Origin: Octopus bimaculoides | Lineage: Eukaryota | DNA: 64,000 nucleotides | Direction of reading: 5' to 3' | Assembly: GCF_001194135.2 (NCBI RefSeq) | Contig: NC_068981.1 | Span: 60,586,879 to 60,650,878 of the forward strand | Part shown: one piece after another, positions 54,575 to 64,000 of the stretch | Layout: every line of letters begins with the position of its first letter | Numbering within the stretch: the first letter of the stretch is position 1 | Notes under the pieces: generated by a model | The model's input: the letters and a program-made list of their open reading frames with translations, nothing else | Told to the model about the DNA's origin: nothing | The model's database searches: none | Translations under genes and position numbers: made by a program

Positions 54575-55095
54575 CACGAGAAAATACCGGTTGAGGCAAA
54601 TGTATTCCAACTTTTTCAAATGTTTGTCCTTGAACCTTATTAATTGGCATAGAATATGCAAATCGAAGTGGAAAGTGAAGTCTGTTAATTCTGGAAATTA
54701 GAACTGTACGACCTCCGTTGGAGCCTGTTACCAATCATGCTTCTACACACTGTTCATGAAGTCTTTGCACTTTCATGCGAGTTCCATTACACAATCCTTG
54801 ACTGATCGAAAGATTTCTTAACAGCATTACAATATCCCCTACTTTTAAGTTGAGGCGATGAGGAGGCATACCGGATGGGGTGAGTGAGTTTATGAATTCA
54901 AATGTATAGTTCTGAACCTCCCCTTCATTATTGCAGGACACTGAACCTGTGCTTAAGTACATTTTAAGTGCTTCTGGTATAATATTAAGAACCTTTTCAT
55001 TTATTGCAAGACAGTCAGAATTTTTCGGAGATAAAATTACTCGTTTTTCCATTTCTTTTAGCGTGCAGTTGTTGAAAAATTCTGGGTACAAATGT
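54575..55095 (-). mobile_element. Helitron RepHel PIF1-type helicase C-terminal fragment
   Basis: RVILSPKN, EFINSLTPSGMPPHRLNLKVGDIVMLLRNL...GLCNGTR and [34 protein letters not shown]. One frameshift and a short deletion. Confidence 0.92.
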
Positions 55096-55417
55096 ACAAA
55101 TTGAAATGCAAAAGAACGAAATAATAAATGGAGTTATGAATGGAAGTTTGGTAATGGCGTTTATTTCCACCACTCGATACCTATTATTGCAAACATATCC
55201 TACGTAAAATACTGTCTATGTGATCACAAATTTTAAAACAAACACATAATTTTCTTATGGTTTCTTAAACATTCTCTAGAACAACACTATGTACAAATCG
55301 AAATATATGGTACCCTAGGCATAACACCTACATGAACTTCTAACTTGTTGTCTCTTGAGGTCTCTGGGTGAGACTTGGATCCAACTTGTACAAATGCAAA
55401 GCAAAAGTCAAACATAA

Positions 55418-55498
<81 letters not shown>

Positions 55499-55925
55499 GA
55501 ATGCTCTAATGCAGTACTAGGCAGTGGTACTCATAGATTTTGATCTGAACTGATTGGAAGTGTTATCATCTACATATTCTTCAATACCACAGATTTGCTT
55601 GTCAGTTGCTTGACCGTAACCAGTTGAGCGTGTCCTTAATGGCTGACGATATATGCATTTTTGATCACGAAGGAAACACTTATGCTTGCAGGGATGAATT
55701 ATTCAAACCTTGCAAAATCCTTCAAAAAATGTACAAGTTAACATTTCCAAACGCTTAAAATCAGACACCACGAGAGCTTACTGCCTAGTGTTGCATGAGG
55801 GAATAGCAAATCTGTGGTATTGAGTTGACTATTTGCTGTCACCTATTTTTTAAATGAAGACAAAAAATGTACATGTTAACACTTTCTATCAGTCAACGTC
55901 AAAAGCTATGATACCCATTGCATGA

Positions 55926-55926
<1 letters not shown>
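55499..55926. mobile_element. Inverted cluster of fragments of the 495-bp TAA-associated element
   Basis: Plus copy 55499-55672 follows (AAT)n; minus fragments 55673-55926 precede (TTA)n at 55927-56006. Confidence 0.7.
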
Positions 55927-56006
<80 letters not shown>

Positions 56007-56993
56007 TAATCATGAAATAATATATTAAACCAAGAACCAGAACATGATACAATGTGACTTGATACAATATTATTCTATACAAGCGAACTAACGATAGGTG
56101 TGCGCAGTATATGTATATCAGAGTGAATATATATTTATGCACATAAGTAATCGTGTGAGCAACTATGCGCTTTGTGACATGTGTCGATGTGTATATCGCA
56201 ACGTAGGCTAGTGTATATATGAAGAATTACAACTTTATGTATGTGTATTCATAAATGATTGGACAGATTAGTTACTATGTGCATAAGCACACACACATTC
56301 ACGTTCACAGACGCATAGACAAATAGAGATGAAGAAGGATACAATCTGATCTTGGCAATACCACAAATGAAATCATATAATCACATAAGCAGTAATAAAA
56401 ACATAATCATAAGCCGTTTCTGCTCATAACAAAGGAGTAAGATATTAATAAAAAAAATAATAACGACAATTACAATAACAACAACTACAACAACAAAAAC
56501 AATAACAACAATAATAAGAATATTACACACACATACATATATATACATAAATATACATATATACGTACATAGTTTATACATTCACATACATACATACATA
56601 CATACATATGTATGTATGTGTGTATATATGTGTGTGTGTGTATAGATGTACAGATATGCATGCACATAAGCATATATGGATGCACAACACCGTAAAGGCG
56701 CAATAGCATTTTAGTACTAATATATGCATCCATGTATAAAAATATAATGCAGTCATCACTAGTAAAATATGATACGAGATACCAATGAAAATAGAAATAA
56801 TAGAATATTTATTGAACTACCTATATAATATGAAGTCAAGCCTTCGTGGAAAAATTATGGCATAAATAAAAGTGTAGTAGTTTGAGCTTTTATTGTCATT
56901 TTAGGCATCCCAATATTCATCTGTGCAAACAGTGTATCCGAGGAAAGTACAAGGTGTCATGTTGCATTGAAACAGCTTCGAGTATCACATACA

Positions 56994-57027
<34 letters not shown>

Positions 57028-58519
57028 CATACACATATATATACATTCATACATGCATACATGTATACATGCCTACGTACACACATACATACTCGTCAGT
57101 CGAATATAACCATTACGAACAGGTAAATGTTAGATACGCCCGTGACATAGGGTCATAAGTCGAGTGCAGCTTGCACAGCAAGATAACCACTGGCAATACA
57201 GAGATAAGCAAATTACAAGACACTCGGCACAGGAAAGCGACGGATTCTATACGCCAGTTAGCCTTCTCCGAGAGGAATGTATTAACAAAGGAAGGAGGTC
57301 CCACCTCACTCCGAATTGGGATACTGCACCCTCAACACCAAACCAAGTGTTTTTACCAGCACATATGCTAATTTATGAGCACATATGCTAATTAATTCAC
57401 AGCTGGCGCCCCTACATGTACTCCTCCTTCGGGACAGAGTAGACCTTACAACAATAGTGGCTAAGACGTGGTTTTACGTTCCGTAAAATCATGGAACTCC
57501 TGAATGAGATCCCTGCTACCGGCTACAATTTGAAATCAAACCCCGCATATACATTCATATATATATGCCAAAAGTCAGGGTACAATATGCACCTGTTTGC
57601 TAGCAAGAAAAGTTAAAACTCTCCAAAGCCACGCATCTCTCAATACGTAAACATGCACGGAGGATGTACCAACTATACTAAAAGACTATCTCCCCATTTG
57701 TAGAACAACGAAAAGCGAAATCAATTGTTACTGAGATATCTACTCTCCTCTTTGCCATTTTACAAATGAAGACAACTTTTTTTTTAGTATATTTGCTATA
57801 TTCTCCTTGCGTGTTTACGTATAGTGAGAAATGCGTGGCTTTGGAGAGTTTTAATTCCGCTTTCTAGCAAGCAAGTGCGTATTGCACCCTGGCTTTTAAT
57901 AATATATGTTTTGCTTGTTTTGGTTATGTCTCCTGGTCATATAATCATTATTTTTTTTGAAAATATTCATAACTTACTTGAATTTTGTATACGCACACAC
58001 ACGCACGCCCAAACACTCATATATATATATATANNNNNNNNNNNNNNNNNNNNNNNNNNNNNNNNNNNNNNNNNNNNNNNNNNNNNNNNNNNNNNNNNNN
58101 NNNNNNNNNNNNNNNNNNNNNNNNNNNNNNNNNNNNNNNNNNNNNNNNNNNNNNNNNNNNNNNNNNNNNNNNNNNNNNNNNNNNNNNNNNNNNNNNNNNN
58201 NNNNNNNNNNNNNNNNNNNNNNNNNNNNNNNNNNNNNNNNNNNNNNNNNNNNNNNNNNNNNNNNNNNNNNNNNNNNNNNNNNNNNNNNNNNNNNNNNNNN
58301 NNNNNNNNNNNNNNNNNNNNNNNNNNNNNNNNNNNNNNNNNNNNNNNNNNNNNNNNNNATATATATATATATACGATCGACTATTACAACGTGGTCTTCT
58401 ACTAGCTCTGTATGTGTGTCCGGCTTTTCTCGGGGAGGCTCTAGTACCTATATCTATGCGGTCAGATGGAATTAATATCACAGGGATACATGCGTGGACA
58501 GCCTAATTTAGATGCCGAG

Positions 58520-58700
58520 TACCTAGCTAGCTAGCTACCTACCTATCTACCTACCTACCTACCTACCTACCTACCTACCTATCTACCTACCTTCCTACCT
58601 ACCTACCTCCCTACCCATTTACCTACCAAACCTACCTATCTGTCTGTCAGTCTGTCTGCCTACCTACCTAACTACCTGCATGTCTAACTACCTGCCGGTC
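58520..58700. repeat. (CTAC)n/(CTGT)n compound microsatellite
   Basis: Seen directly. Confidence 0.9.
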
Positions 58701-59614
58701 TGTGAAATAAAAGCAGCTCTAGTATAATATATATTATTAACTACATACGCTTAATGTTTATTTTCCGGTGGCTGCAATAGCATGGTGGAATATATATAGT
58801 TTCTTATGTAAATTTTCTTTCAGGTACGCAATTTCTGGGCATATCAGCTCATACGTTTACAATTCATGAGAATAAAAGTTGTTGACTGGCTAGGTGACCT
58901 GCTTTCAACCTTGGCGGGTACTTGATGTTGACAAGAGACAAGTATGGCAAAACACCAGGTGTCCATCACTCCCAAATGTAATCGAAGGTGAGTTATCTCA
59001 CATATCCATGACTCTGAAATGTTTTACATCCAGCGCTTTGAGAGTATATATACTCCACTCGAATATATCTCTGTGATATGACTTGCATCGAACCACGTAG
59101 ATACAGGTACTAAAGCCAAAAAAAAAAAAAGCCGCAAACACACGCAAATAATGGAAGACATCATTCTAATAGTCGACTCACTTTTACTACTAACACTATA
59201 TTCAGAGAACATTAGAGAAGAGGTTTCATTCACTAGGGAAGTGCCTTCATGACATTTAGCAATGGGGGAGACCAGAATTTAATGGATAAATATAGTTAAC
59301 AAAGTCATTAATGTCTTGCACACTATTTATTTCAAACAGGATCAAATTCATTCAACTATGATGTAATAACACCCACTTTCTTTTTAGATTAATAGTATAT
59401 AACTTATTACGTCCAACTTGAGTTATATAAAGGATCTTATTATAACATAATAACGGAACATGCATTGTAACGGATTTCTTATTTTATTAAAATTGATATT
59501 TTCGAATGCTTTACTCAAGCGTCCTCAAATAAAACAACCTAACTTAATTACACATAAGCACACAAGCCTTTGATCAATTACACTGCAGTGGATTGGTGGA
59601 ATTAAAATATCGGA

Positions 59615-59950
59615 CGTAAACCTGGCCCAGTGGTTAGAGGGTCGGGCTCACAATCATGAGGTAGTGAATGCAATTCCCGGACTGGGCTGTGAGTGTTCTC
59701 CAGTAAGACATTTTTTCTCGTTGCTTCAGTTCACTCAGTTGTAGAAATGAGTAGCAACATCACTGGTGCCAAGCGGTATCGACCTTTGCCTTGCCCTTGG
59801 GTAACCTCGGTGGTGTGGAGAGGGGGTGCAGGTATGCATGGGTGACTGCTGGTCTTCCATAAACAACCTCGCCCAGACTTGTGCTTCGGAGGGGAACTTT
59901 CTAGGTGCAAGCTCGTGGTAATTTATAACCGAAGGGGTTCTTTACCATTT
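59615..59950 (+). mobile_element. tRNA-derived SINE family 3
   Basis: Box A TGGCCCAGTGG, decayed box B, and a central ttgcttcagttcactcagttgtagaaatgagt domain. Confidence 0.72.
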
Positions 59951-60661
59951 TGCGCATCACAAATAGAAGTGGATATGTTTCGTACAGTTGGATAACTCGA
60001 GGGGTTACAATAGGCAGGCAAATATCGCGTTGGTTAGGCAGCGAGAGTTTAAAAAGTAGCTACAAGATAATGCTGAGCAGTTATTCAGTCACCAAAGTCG
60101 AACAATTTTTGGAGGATGTTGCGGTTCAGAGTTGAAACACGTAGCATTTATTCTACACACTTTGATGACATTAGCTCCTCCTGGTGAAAGTAACATTCAC
60201 TGATAGTGAATGAAAGACTACGAACGATTTTGTTTTAGATGCANNNNNNNNNNNNNNNNNNNNNNNNNNNNNNNNNNNNNNNNNNNNNNNNNNNNNNNNN
60301 NNNNNNNNNNNNNNNNNNNNNNNNNNNNNNNNNNNNNNNNNNNNNNNNNNNNNNNNNNNNNNNNNNNNNNNNNNNNNNNNNNNNNNNNNNNNNNNNNNNN
60401 NNNNNNNNNNNNNNNNNNNNNNNNNNNNNNNNNNNNNNNNNNNNNNNNNNNNNNNNNNNNNNNNNNNNNNNNNNNNNNNNNNNNNNNNNNNNNNNNNNNN
60501 NNNNNNNNNNNNNNNNNNNNNNNNNNNNNNNNNNNNNNNNNNNNNNNNNNNNNNNNNNNNNNNNNNNNNNNNNNNNNNNNNNNNNNNNNNNNNNNNNNNN
60601 NNNNNNNNNNNNNNNNNNNNNNNNNNNNNNNNNNNNNNNNNNNNNNNNNNNNNNNNNNNNN

Positions 60662-60797
60662 CGGAATAAAAAATTGTGTAATTTATCTAACGTATTCTCT
60701 CTATATATATATAAATGTGGTTACTCATAAGAATGGATGAGCTCGGAATAAAAAATTGTGTAATTTATCTAACGTATTCTCTCTATATATATATAAA
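60662..60797 (+). repeat. Exact 54-bp direct repeat, 82-bp period, next to an N gap
   Basis: 60662-60715 is identical to 60744-60797. Confidence 0.93.
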
Positions 60798-62246
60798 CAA
60801 ATAAAATCCCTGATTAATATTTTTTTCTTATCAGCAATACATTAATCCCCATGGAACGGTCGATATAAAATTCTGTAGCGACTACTTCATGCTCGAATTG
60901 TACACTGGCAACACCAACGGTGGTCTTTCACATTCTTTCACTAAAAATAAACTACGCTGAGTGTACTTACCATCTGATTATATATCTACTAATTGCTTTT
61001 TGCTTAACAAATATCACTATGCTCTGTTAACTCCTTACTGAGGTTACAGAAATGTGTAAATTCTTTCAATCCTAAAAAGAATCTTAACACGTCAAGCAGA
61101 AATCTTTTACTGCTCACTATATTTATTGTATATCGCCTTCTAAGATCTAAATCTAAGCATTCAGTCATGAATTCATTTTGTCAAAATTTCTGTACGTTCA
61201 GAAATTTTTGTACGCATATTTTTACCCTATTTTATTAAGAATCTTCATATTGTACGGCATCTTGTCTTTTATGACAGAGCTAATAGGATTTGAAATTTTC
61301 TACTGATACCAACTCTTAAAAACATCAGGCCGCCCATGAAAATAGGTATAGTAAGTATGCAAAACTCAATGCTAGAAGTTTCTATAATACAGCATAATTG
61401 CGTGAGTTAATTATTGTGAGTAGATGGAGCTATAAATGATGGGCTTTTCTCTAAGTACCCTCAAAATGATGAAATCAATGCCACAGCTATGATCACATGC
61501 AACGCCTCTATGGCTTGGTCACTCAATTTACAAGAAAGTATTGCCAAATACTCATTAAATCATTCCCTACTGCCTTAAGCATAGAATAGGTGTATACATT
61601 TGAAAATGTCCTTCAAATAATGCAAGCGAAAATAAAGAGGGATGTTCACGGACATGGCCGAACCTATTAGAAAATGTAGTTTCTAATATACAAACAAGCG
61701 TGAGAGCCAAGGGTAAAACAAAATCATAAGGCTGTTCAATCAAAGTGATCGGTTCTGGAGTGAAACCCTAACACAAATATTTCATACACGGCCAAATCTG
61801 ATAAAATTTACGCACAGAAATATATCATATTGATTAAGTATGAAGAAAATTGTATGGTATCATGGTAATTTATTACTATGAGTATTATAGCGTAAATGGC
61901 TGCAGGAGGCGCGATGTGCAAATTTCCGCTTCATGTCGTGTATGCCTGATGATAGTCATATGCAGCTAGACCGACTGTGTGAGTGAGAGTTGAGTTTAAG
62001 AGTTATGAACAATGTGCAGTGACTGTGAGGAGATATGAAGCATTCATATTTCACCTGATCGTCCTCTAACCTAGCTAATCGCTTATAAACGGTTTCCTCA
62101 ATTAAACCTATATATATATGGTTCTTAATGTTATTTTACTATTGTCTATTATATATCACATGCACACAAGCTGAAAGGGAAATGCAAAAACAAACATAAA
62201 CATACACATACACACGCACATACATACACACACACACGCGTGCGCG

Positions 62247-62284
<38 letters not shown>

Positions 62285-62335
62285 TACATGCACACCGACA
62301 CATAAATACACACACAGACACACACACGCACATAT

Positions 62336-62392
<57 letters not shown>

Positions 62393-63828
62393 CATACGTA
62401 TATATTTATGCGTGTGTGTATGTATCTATGTATGTGTAAGTGTGTGTATTATATATAACCTATACATGGAAAGTGAGATTCTCATCAAAATTTGATGATG
62501 CTATTTTCCCTCCAAAATTATCACCGTCATGTTCAATTTTAGACAACGTGCTATTTATAACCAATAATCAATATCTTTAAATCAAAGTTTGTTGGTGATA
62601 GATTGGACTTCAATGCGTTATACTCGCTTATTTTATCGATTTAAAAACAGTAAATCACATATCATATTGAATAGTGGACCACTGCAGACACCATATTCAT
62701 ATAGTGTATATTGAAAGCAAAATCAGTATAGCAGAGCCTATATATAATCAACAGAAAAAAATGAAATACTCTTCAAATGAATATAGTGCTGCTATTTACA
62801 ACAGTGACCTAGCGGACATGTAGTTATTATTTACACCTAGGTAGACTGAATTATAGAGAATTAAGTGGTTTTAGTGATGGAAAATACGGAAAGCTGATGC
62901 TTGTTTTCTGCTCCAATATATACTTGATCACTCACAGCTCTTATATGCCAAATTATAACGTGCATAACAAATTAGTATAAGTGATTTGGAACGATATCCA
63001 AAGCTAGTAAAAAATTTAATTTGTTAATAATATGCGAAATATCTGTTTTTTTATGGATCTTCCTTGTTTTTCATAGCTGAATGTAAATGAAAATAATACC
63101 ACAGCAAGTTATTATGGACATTGCTATTTTTAAACACTGTATGTGTGGAAGATAACAACCGCCATATGAATTTTTAACGTAGTTTTTCGTTGTTTTATTC
63201 ACACTTGCTTTTCTAAACGCAGAATTATTACGCTTAACCAATTGCATTCATCTGTTTTAGAAAAGAATTATGTACACAAATCTTTATGAAATTACGAAAT
63301 TACTATAATATTAAAGATGTTTTGTAAAATATTCTGACATTGTACTAAATTTTAAAAGTCATTTTGTATCAAACAGCTTACACATTTTATCAGAAAGCGA
63401 ACCGAAGAGTACAACGCTCGTGTCATTGGCTAAGGCAAAGCAGCTACATCAGCATAAATTGCTATGAAATTGAATTCATAAATTTCAATTTGAATTCTTG
63501 ACAGACTTATAACTATCTTTCTTTGAAATAGCATGCAGCATAAAAATAATCATCTCTGGTAGAGCAATGAGTGCGTTAGATTCGATTTTCTTTTATGCGT
63601 TTTCGTTGATGCAATCGCTAAGAAGGACATGAACGTCACAAAATTCCGTTCACTTTCAAATGAAAATTTTGAGTTAGCCATTGAAATGTCACTCCAATAG
63701 TCAATGCAATCAACTCTATGTAATAAAAAAAAGGCTTTTTTTTACAAACTGGATGAAATAATTTCATCAAAGTTCCTATCCCGAGCCACAGGCTTATAAG
63801 ACCCTTTTCTCGGATTCTGTAGTATGTA

Positions 63829-64000
63829 CATGGTGTCTCAAAAATGTATACACATTTTTTGCAGCTGATAACCAAATTGATGTTTTTTTCTTTCCATATT
63901 AAACCCATTGGAATAAATGATGGCAGTCAGACTAAGCTTTGAACAAAGGAAATTCATTCTAAAATGCTACTGCAAGTGTAAAAAACGCAGTTGAAGTGCA
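63829..64000 (+). mobile_element. 5' end of a Tc1/mariner element (runs off the window)
   Basis: TA followed by the TIR-like CATGGTGTCTCAAAAATGTATACAC. The ATG at 63920 gives MAVRLSFEQRKFILKCY, then a frameshifted NAVEVQ, like DUF4817-type transposase N-termini. Confidence 0.72.

Noticed and set aside
57350-57400. Tandem ATGCTAAT octamer-like sites suggesting an snRNA enhancer
   Set aside because: They are explained by a 20-bp local duplication, and no snRNA-like sequence is recognisable nearby.

Overview
AT-rich, microsatellite-saturated animal genomic DNA from a gapped draft scaffold. Large N runs lie at about 24714-25181, 26590-27479, 38801-39759, 43757-44323, 47615-48234, 58034-58358 and 60244-60661. 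The repeat landscape looks like a coleoid cephalopod (octopus); this is inferred from repeat style, not from a database match. I find no intact protein-coding gene, rRNA, genuine tRNA or CRISPR array. Almost all long ORFs in the track are microsatellite or N-gap artefacts or decayed transposon pieces. The window holds at least five lineages of restriction-like-endonuclease (RLE) non-LTR retrotransposons (R4/Dong-like), plus HERO, RTE, Tx1/L1-like and Penelope remnants. It also holds hAT, Helitron and Tc1/mariner remnants, a foldback element carrying a telomere-like array, and several tRNA-derived SINE families. The most coherent system is a microsatellite-targeting guild: RLE elements and a 495-bp non-coding element sit in (TAA)n tracts with strict strand concordance, and a sister lineage sits next to (CATA)n. 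Other notable items are hammerhead-like motifs flanking a perfect 43-bp palindrome, an A-B-A-C-B duplication with 2-bp microhomologies, and a few weak candidate host exons.
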